64,000 nt of DNA, taken from the IMG/VR virus record IMGVR_UViG_3300032116_000004, positions 251,779 to 315,778 of that record; one strand, given 5' to 3'. The first letter of the stretch is position 1. Each line of letters opens with the position of its first letter. Shown here in pieces: positions 1-10,112 of this stretch. The notes under the pieces were generated by a model. The model did no database searches, was not told the DNA's origin, and saw nothing but the letters and a program-made list of their open reading frames with translations. The translations under genes were made by a program, and so were the position numbers.

Positions 1-953
1 GTGCGTTGCATCGACTCAACTTCAAACAAACCTGGCAGAGTCAAAGTAAAGTCCAATCGCATCTGTCTGCGATGTCGTGCGATTTCTAGGCCACGTTTAA
101 AGTTTTCTAAAAATACGGGCCAGGCCAAACCGGTTCTGATGTATTCTCCGATGGGTCCTGTTCCATCGATGCTTGCACAGATTTGGAAGTCTCGTATATT
201 TGCCAGCAAATCACGATAAAGACTAATCCCATTATAATCCACGCGGCTAAGGTTGGTATTGTATCTTGCATAAAGTCTTGGGCCATCACCCAGTTCAATG
301 ATTCTTTTCATATAGCGCCAATGCTGTTCATACATCAGCGGCTCTCCGCCCACCCAATAGATTTCTTCTACACGATGTTCTTCTACTGCTTGAGCAAACT
401 CTGCTTCTACCTGTGTGTCCTGGAACTGTATGATTTCACGTTTGACATCAGGCCGCATCCAGTTGTTTTTGGGATTTGACCAGTCTACCATGTCGTGTTT
501 TTTCTCTTCAGTTTCCCAAGAGCTGGAAAGCATGTCTCCGCACATGCGACATTTAAAGTTGCAAAGATTACTAAATCTGTAGTCCCAGCTCACTGGTTTC
601 AGTGTGGTTACACCGTCGGGTGTGGTGGCTGCCATGGCTTCCTCATACTTGTGACCAAACAGTCCCCAAAAGTAACTGCGATAGACATCTGTATTCAATA
701 ACTTCTCATTGCACACCGCACACTCTGGCAAGGTCTCTCCGGCCATCATGCGCCGTCTCACAGATTTCATGTGTTCACTGTTCCAATGTTCATCCAGTGT
801 GATGGGAATATAACGTCCGCTGCCGGCGGCTGTGTCTATATACTGTTCAAAGTTCTGTGCAGGCTCACGACTGGCACAACACATCCTCCTCTCGGTCTGT
901 GGCGAGAGATATGTGTGTGTCCACGGAGCCATGCACAGTGTTTCAGACTTCAT
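1..953 (-). CDS. N-terminal twitch-domain radical SAM protein, truncated at the left window edge (not in the ORF track)
   Basis: Manual translation from ATG at 953: MKSETLCMAPWTH...RRMCCAS...PECAVC...WDYRFSNLCNFKCRMC...IYWVGGEPLM...YNTN...SIDG. The frame stays open to position 1 and the start overlaps the end of the neighbouring rSAM gene. Confidence 0.92.
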   Translation of the reverse strand, partial: MKSETLCMAPWTHTYLSPQTERRMCCASREPAQNFEQYIDTAAGSGRYIPITLDEHWNSEHMKSVRRRMMAGETLPECAVCNEKLLNTDVYRSYFWGLFGHKYEEAMAATTPDGVTTLKPVSWDYRFSNLCNFKCRMCGDMLSSSWETEEKKHDMVDWSNPKNNWMRPDVKREIIQFQDTQVEAEFAQAVEEHRVEEIYWVGGEPLMYEQHWRYMKRIIELGDGPRLYARYNTNLSRVDYNGISLYRDLLANIRDFQICASIDGTGPIGEYIRTGLAWPVFLENFKRGLEIARHRRQMRLDFTLTLPGLFEVESMQR

Positions 954-2154
954 AATCTATCACTCGTGCTAACTCCGGCGCTATCTGTGAAAGGTTCTGA
1001 CGACGCCTTAGATCTAGATCTTTTATCTTTATCTTCAAAAGATTTCCATCAGTGCTGGCACCATTGATCATGAAATCTACCACGCGATCAAACTCAGATC
1101 GGAATGACTCGGGCACCCATTCACTTGACAATCTCTGTCGAACTGCCTGTTTAGCACGTTCGGGCAGGTTAGCAATACTGAAATAATAAGGATCATGCAA
1201 CATGTTCCAGTAGACAAAATCAAACTTTTGACGATCGATCCATTGTGCCACGTCTGACAGATACATCACGTTGAACGCATTGATGGTGCAACACACCTGT
1301 AGAGTGATGTTTGAAATCCTAGATCTCATCTGTCGGAACAGTTCGATATTGTGATTGATTTCCGACCAGCCAGCATTGCTACGTTGATATTCAAATCTCT
1401 CACCTACGTCATCCACAGAAAAAGCGATTTCAACATGCCGGAAATGGCACCAGATGTCTTCGGCTTCTTCGGGATATTGTGTGCCGTTGGTGTTGTAGTG
1501 TATTTCAATTTGATGAGCATATCCACGGTCTACCAGGCGGCGCAGTAGATCAAAATGCTCTCGGATCATGAAAGGTTCGCCACCAGTGAACTCAATGTAT
1601 CGGACTTGGGCCATGGCCGAATCCAGTTCGTGCCAAAACTGCTCGCTGTTGCGCGGCCATGCTCCATCACGTAACATTTGATAATGGAAACTTTTCTTTT
1701 TATCTTCTCTATCAACAATAAAGTTCAACTCTTCTGAAGCAAAAGTCGACGAAGACCATGAACCACAGATGCGGCATTTGAGATTACAGATATTACCTAA
1801 TTTGAGATCCAAAAACATCAAAGGTTTAGCATCTGCTGTCCAATTGTCAGAAATGCCCATATGTTTGAGCCTATCTAGAGTATGCATCCTTTTACTGGTA
1901 CGACCGGCACGTTCTTCTTGCCAACATCTACGACAGGTCTGTGGTTGCTGGCCATCTAAAAACTGCTGACGCAGATTTTTTAGATGTTGGCTGTTCTGTA
2001 TCTGGTCAAAGGTAGAGTTTGTAAGTTGGAATTTTTTCCCTTGATCATCTACTATCTCGTCCATGGCCAAACAGCAAGGTCTCACTGTGCCTATGGGACT
2101 GGTTTCTAAGCTAACCCACGGTAACACACAGAATTTCTCGTGTGGTATTTTCAT
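943..2154 (-). CDS. N-terminal twitch-domain radical SAM protein
   Basis: FCVLPW..RPCC..CRRCW twitch cysteines; CNLKCRIC; FTGGEPF; YNTNG. Confidence 0.93.
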   Translation of the reverse strand: MKIPHEKFCVLPWVSLETSPIGTVRPCCLAMDEIVDDQGKKFQLTNSTFDQIQNSQHLKNLRQQFLDGQQPQTCRRCWQEERAGRTSKRMHTLDRLKHMGISDNWTADAKPLMFLDLKLGNICNLKCRICGSWSSSTFASEELNFIVDREDKKKSFHYQMLRDGAWPRNSEQFWHELDSAMAQVRYIEFTGGEPFMIREHFDLLRRLVDRGYAHQIEIHYNTNGTQYPEEAEDIWCHFRHVEIAFSVDDVGERFEYQRSNAGWSEINHNIELFRQMRSRISNITLQVCCTINAFNVMYLSDVAQWIDRQKFDFVYWNMLHDPYYFSIANLPERAKQAVRQRLSSEWVPESFRSEFDRVVDFMINGASTDGNLLKIKIKDLDLRRRQNLSQIAPELARVIDYEV

Positions 2155-3419
2155 TGCAAGGCCTCCAGTTCGGGTATCACAGACAGCAGATTCTGTCCGC
2201 GGATGGCGTCTAGTTCGTGAGTCTTGCGCCAGAATACCTCCAGTAATTGAGTGTTATCTGACCCCATCATAAAATTGATAGCCGATTCAAAACCCACCGT
2301 GGCACGTTGCAAAGGATCTTGTGTTCTCAACCAATCAAGGTGCTCTTCAAAGCGTATCCTTAGACGTTGTTTGTATTTCATAGGTGCTATGTCTATTCTA
2401 TAGTGTGCTGGATCTTGCAAGATATTGACATTGAGATCCTGCGCACGTATCAGTCCTTGCTCTACCCAAGATTTATGAAAATCAGGTAGATGCCATGCGT
2501 TCATGATACTCAGCGTAGGAGAAATATAGAAATCTACGTTGGGGCAGATATCTATCATCCTACGACGATTATCTTCTACTGTGTTCCAATTGGTACCATT
2601 GCGTATGTATTCAGCACGCAAGTCCATGGCATCCAGGCTGGCTCCTACTGCTACACTCTTAAACTTTTTCCAATAGTCAAACACATATCGATCTTTGAGT
2701 TTGACTTGCGTGAAGTTTGTATTGTAGATCAGGCGCACATCAAATCGTTCTCTGCGTTCTAATTCTTCCAGGATGCGATAGTGCTCATCCATCATCAGAG
2801 GCTCGCCACCTGCAAAATATATCTGCTCTACATAATCAATATGCGGTAACAATTGGTTCCACATATCTTCGGGATCGCGACCTGCAATGTTCAAAGGTCT
2901 ATTGTGTTTGGCCCATTCAGGACCGGCTAACTTGATCTGATCTTGATACCATGAACTGGAAAAGATATGCCCACAACTGCGACAACTGAGATTGCAAAGA
3001 TTACTGAAACGTATATCCCAATAAGTCATCTCAAACGGATTGCTTTCTAATTTCTTGATGTGATGACCGTGATGTTTGTTGGCTGATCTCCGACCTGAAA
3101 AAAATCCCGATTCCTCTTGTTCATAGCATCGACCACAGGCCGGGTTGGGCCGTTCGGCTAACATGTCTTCTCGCAACTGTGTCATGGACGGACCTTGCCA
3201 AATTTCGGCCAAGGTATTCTTTCTGCAATCGCCCACTGGGTATCGCATCTCTGCATGACAGCAAGGATAGGCTTCACCTGTGGGATAAGCATGCAGGTGT
3301 ATCCAAGGATAGATACAGAATGTTTTGCTGTCTTTCAGCAGAAATTGTTCGCGATCGTTGAGATCCGTTGGTCGGACTAAATCTGCGGAATTATATTGAT
3401 ATTGTGTCATACCACTCAC
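2151..3419 (-). CDS. N-terminal twitch-domain radical SAM protein
   Basis: FCIYPW..YPCC..CGRCY; CNLSCRSC; FAGGEPL; SLDA. Confidence 0.93.
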   Translation of the reverse strand: MSGMTQYQYNSADLVRPTDLNDREQFLLKDSKTFCIYPWIHLHAYPTGEAYPCCHAEMRYPVGDCRKNTLAEIWQGPSMTQLREDMLAERPNPACGRCYEQEESGFFSGRRSANKHHGHHIKKLESNPFEMTYWDIRFSNLCNLSCRSCGHIFSSSWYQDQIKLAGPEWAKHNRPLNIAGRDPEDMWNQLLPHIDYVEQIYFAGGEPLMMDEHYRILEELERRERFDVRLIYNTNFTQVKLKDRYVFDYWKKFKSVAVGASLDAMDLRAEYIRNGTNWNTVEDNRRRMIDICPNVDFYISPTLSIMNAWHLPDFHKSWVEQGLIRAQDLNVNILQDPAHYRIDIAPMKYKQRLRIRFEEHLDWLRTQDPLQRATVGFESAINFMMGSDNTQLLEVFWRKTHELDAIRGQNLLSVIPELEALQ

Positions 3420-4749
3420 TCAATGCAGGAAAAGTCCTGCGGAAATTTTTGCCACGGCGCCGATCATATTGCTCGTAAAATTGTTTAAAATCGTTGTGCA
3501 ATCGCGGCATATCAAATGCATCTGAATGCGGAGTCTTGACCACGTCAAGATAATCTATCAATCGTTGCATGTGATTGCGTTCGTGTTCATGCATCATGAC
3601 ATTGTCAGTCCAGCGATCTAACCAGGCCTGCAATCGATCTCTATGACGCATACGGATGTGATCAGGCAAAACCAGTGGTGATTGGAAACTGGGAAATCTC
3701 AGGATGTTCAGCGTGAAGTTAGGAAAGTCCGAACCATGGTCCTGTTTCCATAACATGAGATAGGTCAGGAACTCTGGCAGGCTTTCCAGGCACAAGGCAT
3801 TAATGGTACACATCACATGCAAGCCTCGCAGTTTTTTACTCTGCATGATGCGTTCCATGTTGTCGGTCCACTGTCCATAGTTCAAACCATCGCGGATATA
3901 TTCAGCATGAGGACCGATGCTCTCATTGGAAGTATACAGATCCAGTTCTACATCTTCGCAGGCATTGATAGCACGTTCTATCACATCATATTCCATGCCA
4001 AGATTTGAGTTGATGGCCAGGCGTGTTTGCGAACGTCCGCGATTTTGTTGGAACCAATCCAACAACTTCCAGGTATATCCGCTCATCAGTGGTTCACCAC
4101 CGGTGATGCGCAGTTCTTTCAGTGTTCTATGTAGGTCTGATTCCCACCACTGGAAAAATGCGTCCACATAAGGATTCCGATCATTGAATGTATACAACTG
4201 ACTGCTGTCATGAGCGTGAGTGAAATGATTACGACCATCTGATACCAGGCCGGTGTAAGCACCGTGTTGTTTAATATCCCGAACCCATGTAGAACTAAAA
4301 GCAGGATTGCAATAAGAACAAGCGAACTGGCAAGTCCTATCAAAGGCGATTTCCAAGGTTTGTAAATCCACGTCTTGGTCCGCTGGAGTATGGTATGCAT
4401 CATCAAGGTCCTCGTCTGAATATATCACTGTCTTATACACACGGTCGCTGACGTTGTCTCGACCTATGTCTTCAATCTTCCAGCAGTATTCGCACCCTTG
4501 TGGGCGCTCGCCGCGTTGCATCATGCCTCGTTCGGATTTTTTTTTGGCAGTATTGTGCAAGGCTTTGGGATTGGCTTCTGCATCTTCTACGCTGACTTTG
4601 TGAGGCAGCGGGTGATGGCAACTGGTAGTCATGCCGGAGCCTAGCCAAATAGTAGCGTTATACCATTTGGCTCCACAAAAACTATCGGATTTGATATCGA
4701 TCACCCGACGTTTGTATTCAATATCTGTTTCGTTGTCTTTACGTGGCAT
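3391..4749 (-). CDS. radical SAM protein, N-twitch variant (C..W..SCHHP)
   Basis: FCGAKW..TSCHHP..CEYCW; CQFACSYC; ITGGEPL. Confidence 0.92.
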   Translation of the reverse strand: MPRKDNETDIEYKRRVIDIKSDSFCGAKWYNATIWLGSGMTTSCHHPLPHKVSVEDAEANPKALHNTAKKKSERGMMQRGERPQGCEYCWKIEDIGRDNVSDRVYKTVIYSDEDLDDAYHTPADQDVDLQTLEIAFDRTCQFACSYCNPAFSSTWVRDIKQHGAYTGLVSDGRNHFTHAHDSSQLYTFNDRNPYVDAFFQWWESDLHRTLKELRITGGEPLMSGYTWKLLDWFQQNRGRSQTRLAINSNLGMEYDVIERAINACEDVELDLYTSNESIGPHAEYIRDGLNYGQWTDNMERIMQSKKLRGLHVMCTINALCLESLPEFLTYLMLWKQDHGSDFPNFTLNILRFPSFQSPLVLPDHIRMRHRDRLQAWLDRWTDNVMMHEHERNHMQRLIDYLDVVKTPHSDAFDMPRLHNDFKQFYEQYDRRRGKNFRRTFPALSEWYDTISI

Positions 4750-5758
4750 GCATGAACTTTTGGAATTTTACAGTAAATGTTTTCTGTTGGTTAGTATGTA
4801 GTTCTTGGGCGTGCTGTTGGTTATATAAACAGATGTCTCGTGTTTCGATCCAAAATTGGTCTAGATCTTGATCGCATAACCACTGGACTTCTTGTATCAA
4901 TCTGTCCAGTCTCCCCTTACCATCTATTATAGTATCAAACGATTCATCGATCAACGATCCGAATGTTCTAAATCCCATGCGATGTAGGTCTCGATAGAAT
5001 CCCATGTTGGCACAAATAACAAAAGGATGTGCCGCTAATATTGGCTTGTAGGTTTTCTCTGTGCGGAAACTGTGCGGATATTCAAACACAGTTTCACTGA
5101 CTACGCTGAAGTAAGTGTCATTGAACTGTGGTGCATAGATCACGCCATCTAACCATGATGGTTCTGGTTGAATTTCATACCGTGATGGCAAAGATTTTTC
5201 GGATAAATCCATATGCTCAACATAGACTCTGTTGAAATCTCTATGCCCCCATGTATCATAGTTCTCTAGACAAGACCACAATGCTCGATCCAACAATCCA
5301 AAAAATTTCAATTTGGCGATCAAGTATTTCCTATGCGGACGCAGTTTTCGATTGGTAAAAAGAAATTTATAAGGTCGAGTAACCTGTTGGCTTAATACCA
5401 GGTTGGTTTCTTGGCTGCCGATAGTGGCCCGTAAAAAATGCTCGTTGTTGAGATTTTGTATATCCGGATCAGAATCACCGCCTGTTATCCATCTAAGAGA
5501 TCCTCTTTGGAACCATGTATAGTAGAGATGATGTTTGACTATGTGCCACTGAGTGGCCACTGATTCATCTGTTTTTTCTACAGCGATAGTGCTGCCATTT
5601 TCCAAACTCTTGATCACCAACTCTGGTCGCATAACCAGAGTCTTCAAGGATATAGCATAACACCCTTGTCGATCACTTAGATAGTCAACAACGATGTCAT
5701 CTGCTGTATCGAGATACCCAAGTGGCAGTCCAGGCTCAACAATAATATTACCATTCAT
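4739..5758 (-). CDS. putative glycosyltransferase with GT10 (alpha-1,3-fucosyltransferase)-like C-terminal motif
   Basis: YFSVVSET..FRTEKTYKPI..HPFV resembles the GT10 'ENS..YxTEK..P' motif; paralogous to 6111..7166 and 11545..12495. Confidence 0.55.
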   Translation of the reverse strand: MNGNIIVEPGLPLGYLDTADDIVVDYLSDRQGCYAISLKTLVMRPELVIKSLENGSTIAVEKTDESVATQWHIVKHHLYYTWFQRGSLRWITGGDSDPDIQNLNNEHFLRATIGSQETNLVLSQQVTRPYKFLFTNRKLRPHRKYLIAKLKFFGLLDRALWSCLENYDTWGHRDFNRVYVEHMDLSEKSLPSRYEIQPEPSWLDGVIYAPQFNDTYFSVVSETVFEYPHSFRTEKTYKPILAAHPFVICANMGFYRDLHRMGFRTFGSLIDESFDTIIDGKGRLDRLIQEVQWLCDQDLDQFWIETRDICLYNQQHAQELHTNQQKTFTVKFQKFMHAT

Positions 5759-6114
5759 GCCTGATTATCGCCTGGAACGATTCTATAATTGTCTTCCACA
5801 GAATCTGGTGTGCTGACTTCTATGATTGTTCCTGCTTCAATACAGATCAACTGATGAGGCTGGCAAGGTGGATTGTGCCAAGTTGCCCCTTCATTTAATT
5901 CTTTTTCATGAGATTCAGCGGTATCAGTATCTATCCAACGAATTAGAAATTTGCCATTTTGGACATACCAAGTTTCATCTTTGTCTCGATGGAAATGCAT
6001 ACTGAAGCGGGCACCGGTCTCAAAATTTAAAAACTTTGCACAATATTGGTTATTAGTTGCCCAAATAAATTCAGATCCCCATTTTTTAGGAACCAGTCCT
6101 GTCAATCTGGTCAT
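5755..6114 (-). CDS. cupin-fold sugar isomerase/epimerase (mannose-6-phosphate isomerase type II-like)
   Basis: KKWGSE..SMHFHRDKDETW..PPCQPHQL..IEVST cupin motifs. Confidence 0.75.
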   Translation of the reverse strand: MTRLTGLVPKKWGSEFIWATNNQYCAKFLNFETGARFSMHFHRDKDETWYVQNGKFLIRWIDTDTAESHEKELNEGATWHNPPCQPHQLICIEAGTIIEVSTPDSVEDNYRIVPGDNQA

Positions 6115-7166
6115 GATTCAAATACATGATGCATTTTGTGATATTGTTCACGACTAAACTCAATGAACCTTTCACGGTTATAGCGAAGATCGGGCAACAT
6201 ATCTTGATAGATGTCTTCGATCTCTGACAGAGTCATATCGCATAACCAATGTAATACACTCATCACACTACCATGCTGGTCCTCTGAGGTTTCTATATCA
6301 ACATGTGGCCAATAATGGTTAAATGTTTTAAATCCTCGATTACGCAACCATGGATATATCCTAGTCTGCCCATGTATGACAAAAGGTCTTAATCCAATCA
6401 TTGGTTTCCATGTTTTCTCAGTTACAAACAAGGGATGCCAATTGTTAAACTCTGTTTCGCTGACCACATGTAAAAAATGATTTTTCCACACAGTTAGAGG
6501 ACCTAGTCCAAACAAATCGCAAGGAATTCCACCACAGTCATCCTCTGTAATAAAATCATCTAAGTTCTCACCCAATGTTATGTTAGGGCCCATCATACCA
6601 TCAGCATAGATATCTGCATGTTCTTTTGATCCGCCACCTAAAGTAATGATTCCCCTACGATCAAGACGAGATGCCAATATAAGATTAGTGAGCTCCACAC
6701 GGTGTAGTCTTGGTTTGCGTTGTAGACAAACGAATACGTGTTTAACTGATTGAAGGCTGATTTGATCCAAAGTGGGTATGGTCATTAACTTATAGGCGGC
6801 TGCCGCGTGCCAATTCCATTGATACTTTTGATTTTCCCATGTGCCGATGCGTATTACTTTCTCGCACTTGATTTGATTGATAATACTATCTATTAGATCT
6901 TCGCGCAGATACACAGGATCGATTGTAGATAACAAAAACAAATTGTCAAATTTAGCGCAATCTTTGTAGATCAATTTTTCTAACTTTTGCCATTGTCCGT
7001 TATCAAACTGAGGACCAAACCAAGTCATATTCAATAATAAATTCTTTTCATCTTTGAACTTAGACTCAATTTGTTCTGCAGTCTTTTGCAATACTTCTCG
7101 TTCCAAAGGCCCATAGTGATAAGCAAGTGGGAACGTGGTTCCAATAACAGTTATCATGATAGACAA
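6111..7166 (-). CDS. putative GT10-like glycosyltransferase
   Basis: RKPRLHR..FLHVVSET..FVTEKTWKPMIGLRPFV..GFKTF. Confidence 0.55.
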   Translation of the reverse strand: MSIMITVIGTTFPLAYHYGPLEREVLQKTAEQIESKFKDEKNLLLNMTWFGPQFDNGQWQKLEKLIYKDCAKFDNLFLLSTIDPVYLREDLIDSIINQIKCEKVIRIGTWENQKYQWNWHAAAAYKLMTIPTLDQISLQSVKHVFVCLQRKPRLHRVELTNLILASRLDRRGIITLGGGSKEHADIYADGMMGPNITLGENLDDFITEDDCGGIPCDLFGLGPLTVWKNHFLHVVSETEFNNWHPLFVTEKTWKPMIGLRPFVIHGQTRIYPWLRNRGFKTFNHYWPHVDIETSEDQHGSVMSVLHWLCDMTLSEIEDIYQDMLPDLRYNRERFIEFSREQYHKMHHVFES

Positions 7167-8089
7167 TTTTGTTTATACCATTGGATTGTGATATCTATAC
7201 CCTGTGATAAATTATATTTTGGTTGCCACCCCATGGATTTTATTTTACTGTTGTCTAAAGTTCTAACAATAGTAGCTGTTGGTTTTGTGATATCCCATTG
7301 TATATCCCCTGCAAAACCAGATAAGTGCTTTACTAGATCGGCGGCAGTCTTAAGGTTAACTGGATTACCGGCAGAAAGATTTATTGGCTCACTGGCAGAA
7401 TAATTTTGCATACAAAAAATACAAGCGTCGGCAGCGTCGTCCACAAACATAAAATCTCTTACCTGACTTCCATCTCCCCAAAGAGATACTGCGGCGTCTT
7501 GACGTTTGACAGCATTGACAAATTTGCTTATAAAATCACTCATGACATGAGATTTGACATTATCAAAAGTATCGTTAGGCCCGTAAAGGTTACCGGGCAT
7601 CACTGTGATAAAATCACATCCCCATTGTTTTCTAAAATACTGAGCCATTTTGATCCCAGCAATTTTTGCCACGGCGTAGGCTTCGCTAATTGGTTCTAAA
7701 TATCCAGATAAAAGTTGATCTTCAGTGATAGGTATTTGACAGTCTTTGGGATAGGCAGAACTACTACCAGTAAACAAAAGTTTTTTACACTGATATTTGC
7801 GAGACACATCAAAAACATTGTTTTGTATTTCTAAGTTATACAGCATTGTTTCTCCCCAATCCTGACTCAAAAGTCCTATCAACTTAGCCGCTACTAAAAA
7901 TACATACTCTGGCCTATGCCGATTGAACCAAGCATCGACCTGTGTTTTATTTCTCAGATCTAATTCTTCGGGACTAGGATATAGTATGTTAGTATATCCT
8001 TGTGATCGTAATTGTCTCACTATAGCCGATCCAAGGTGTCCACGAAATCCACCTGCTACAAATATTTTAGACTGTTTTTCCATGTTCAT
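7154..8089 (-). CDS. fcl: GDP-L-fucose synthase (Fcl)-like extended SDR, GDP-4-keto-6-deoxysugar reductase
   Basis: KIFVAG..GSAIVR, ELDLR, VFLVAAK, YAVAK, PGNLYGPNDTF..SHV, WGDGSQVRDF; GSSSAY in place of the canonical GSSCIY. Confidence 0.85.
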   Translation of the reverse strand: MNMEKQSKIFVAGGFRGHLGSAIVRQLRSQGYTNILYPSPEELDLRNKTQVDAWFNRHRPEYVFLVAAKLIGLLSQDWGETMLYNLEIQNNVFDVSRKYQCKKLLFTGSSSAYPKDCQIPITEDQLLSGYLEPISEAYAVAKIAGIKMAQYFRKQWGCDFITVMPGNLYGPNDTFDNVKSHVMSDFISKFVNAVKRQDAAVSLWGDGSQVRDFMFVDDAADACIFCMQNYSASEPINLSAGNPVNLKTAADLVKHLSGFAGDIQWDITKPTATIVRTLDNSKIKSMGWQPKYNLSQGIDITIQWYKQNCLS

Positions 8090-9081
8090 CTGTCCTGATT
8101 GTCGTAATAAATTATCTGACTACCTAGATATTCAAATAAAATTGGCACACTGGTCAATCCTAGTGCCTCTTCAACTTTTTGTTTGGCATCCAGCGGTGTG
8201 ACAAAAAGCATAAATCCACCACCGCCTGCCCCCAACAACTTACCTCCCAGAGCTCCTGCTGTTAGAGCACGATCATATATTTCATCAATTTTCTGATTGG
8301 TCGATTCGGGCTGTATTGCCTTTTTTAGAATCCATTGTTCGTTTAGAGCCTCGGCAAAGTCTGTCAGTCTGTTTTGATTTGCATCAAACAATATACTCTG
8401 CGCTCGATCAGTTAAAGCATTCATATCCTGCAATTTTTTTTCTTGTTGCCCAAGTAAAGCAATAGTTTTTTTCGCTAACTGACCGCTCTCTCTGCAATCT
8501 TGTGTATGAAACATCTGCATTGATGATTCCAATTCTCGGTGTATGCCAGAATCAAGTATCAAGGGATTGACCGTAAAATCTTGATGTCCACCAAAATTGA
8601 TTTTATTGAAACCACCAAATGCGGCGGCCACCTGATCTTGGCTACCCACATCTTGTTTCAAAACTTTCTGCTCGATATACAAGGCATCTAATGCTAACTG
8701 ACGTTTAGTCTTGAGTTGATTAGTCAAGGTATAGAGACCGTGTAGAAGACCTACTGTGAAACTACTGCTAGAACCTATGCCTGTGCGATTAGGCAAATCT
8801 CCGTGATGTGTAATATCGATACCAAAATCAATATTACAAAACTTCAAACATTCTCTGATCACAGGAATAGATATTTCATCTATGGAATTGGTTTCTTGTA
8901 CCTCATAATATCTTATGCGATATTTGTAATCAAACACTTGAGGCAATTTCCTAATAACAATAAAACTATATTTGTTAATAGTGGTGCTGATTACTGATCC
9001 CGGATGATACTCATACCAATCTGGATAGTCGGTCATGCCTCCGAAAAAACTTACTCTATAAGGAGTTCTAACTATGATCAT
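8086..9081 (-). CDS. hddA: GHMP sugar kinase, D-glycero-alpha-D-manno-heptose-7-phosphate kinase-like
   Basis: RTPYRVSFFGGMTD, DLPNRTGIGSSS, GSQDQVAAAFGG, GGKLLGAGGGGF. Confidence 0.85.
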   Translation of the reverse strand: MIIVRTPYRVSFFGGMTDYPDWYEYHPGSVISTTINKYSFIVIRKLPQVFDYKYRIRYYEVQETNSIDEISIPVIRECLKFCNIDFGIDITHHGDLPNRTGIGSSSSFTVGLLHGLYTLTNQLKTKRQLALDALYIEQKVLKQDVGSQDQVAAAFGGFNKINFGGHQDFTVNPLILDSGIHRELESSMQMFHTQDCRESGQLAKKTIALLGQQEKKLQDMNALTDRAQSILFDANQNRLTDFAEALNEQWILKKAIQPESTNQKIDEIYDRALTAGALGGKLLGAGGGGFMLFVTPLDAKQKVEEALGLTSVPILFEYLGSQIIYYDNQDR

Positions 9082-10091
9082 CTTATCAAATAATTTTTAT
9101 TGATCTCGTTAACCTTCTCTCGCCAATGGTCTAGTAGATCTTGCATGGTCCGATCAAAGGTAATTTCCGGTTTCCATCCAGTATGCTTACGAAATTTTTC
9201 TGTGTTTGGTATCTGGAGATCTGCATCTATTGGACGCAATCGGTCAAGGTCGACTTCTACCCGTATGCTGTCCTGACAGGCACTTAATGATATTAACTTA
9301 TCAAGGATATCCTGCACTCGGCATACATGCGTGCCTCCTATGTTGTAATATTCTCCAGGGACAGGATTTACGGTAACAAGCATAAGATAAGCTCGCACAG
9401 CATCTCTGACATCAGCAACAGTCCGTAAACTATCAAGATTGCCCACCTTGACAACAGGTTCTATTTTACCTTTTTCAATCATAGCGATCTGTTTGGCAAA
9501 AGATGATTCAGCAAACACATCTCCGCGACGCGGACCGGTATGTGTGAACATTCTAGTGGTCATGACTTTTAATCCGTATGCTTCGGCATAAAATCTTCCC
9601 AACAAGTCTGTACCAACCTTGCTAATAGCATATGGCGAGGCTGGATGAAAAGTGCAATTTTCATCTATAGGAAGTTTTTCTTTAGGAACTCGACCAAATA
9701 CTTCTGAACTAGCACAAACATGTATTATTGCGTCAGGACAGTGAATTTTACATGCTTCTAACAATCTTGCTGTGCCTTGGATGTTAGTGTTAAGAGTTTC
9801 TACAGGACTATCAAAACTAGTCTTTGGAAAACTTTGTGCCGCAAGGTGGAAAACATAATCGGGCTTTGAATTTTTTATGATTTTTTGCAATGACGGATCA
9901 TCATTTAAATCACCATACTCGAGCATGATGCGTTTTTTTTGATTTATATCGGGGATCAAATGATTGATGTTGTCAAGAGGACTCCGCCATCTTATTACAC
10001 CAACAATATTCCAGTCAGTTTCTTTAAGGATCAGATCGGCTAGATGGCTTCCGACCATGCCTGTGATTCCGGTGATAAGTGCAGTAGTCAT
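9078..10091 (-). CDS. dmhA: GDP-sugar 4,6-dehydratase, GDP-manno-heptose dehydratase (DmhA/WcbK)-like
   Basis: ALITGITGMVGSHL, FHLAAQSFPKTSF, SSEVFG, ASPYAISK, THTGPRRGDVF, RLRPIDAD; as recalled, these match the heptose-type subfamily rather than canonical Gmd. Confidence 0.82.
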   Translation of the reverse strand: MTTALITGITGMVGSHLADLILKETDWNIVGVIRWRSPLDNINHLIPDINQKKRIMLEYGDLNDDPSLQKIIKNSKPDYVFHLAAQSFPKTSFDSPVETLNTNIQGTARLLEACKIHCPDAIIHVCASSEVFGRVPKEKLPIDENCTFHPASPYAISKVGTDLLGRFYAEAYGLKVMTTRMFTHTGPRRGDVFAESSFAKQIAMIEKGKIEPVVKVGNLDSLRTVADVRDAVRAYLMLVTVNPVPGEYYNIGGTHVCRVQDILDKLISLSACQDSIRVEVDLDRLRPIDADLQIPNTEKFRKHTGWKPEITFDRTMQDLLDHWREKVNEINKNYLIR

Positions 10092-10112
10092 TTTGCTTGG
10101 TTAATATATAAT

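Noticed and set aside
107-298. 63-aa membrane-looking ORF on the minus strand
   Set aside because: It lies out of frame inside the truncated radical SAM gene (1..953), whose motifs are intact.
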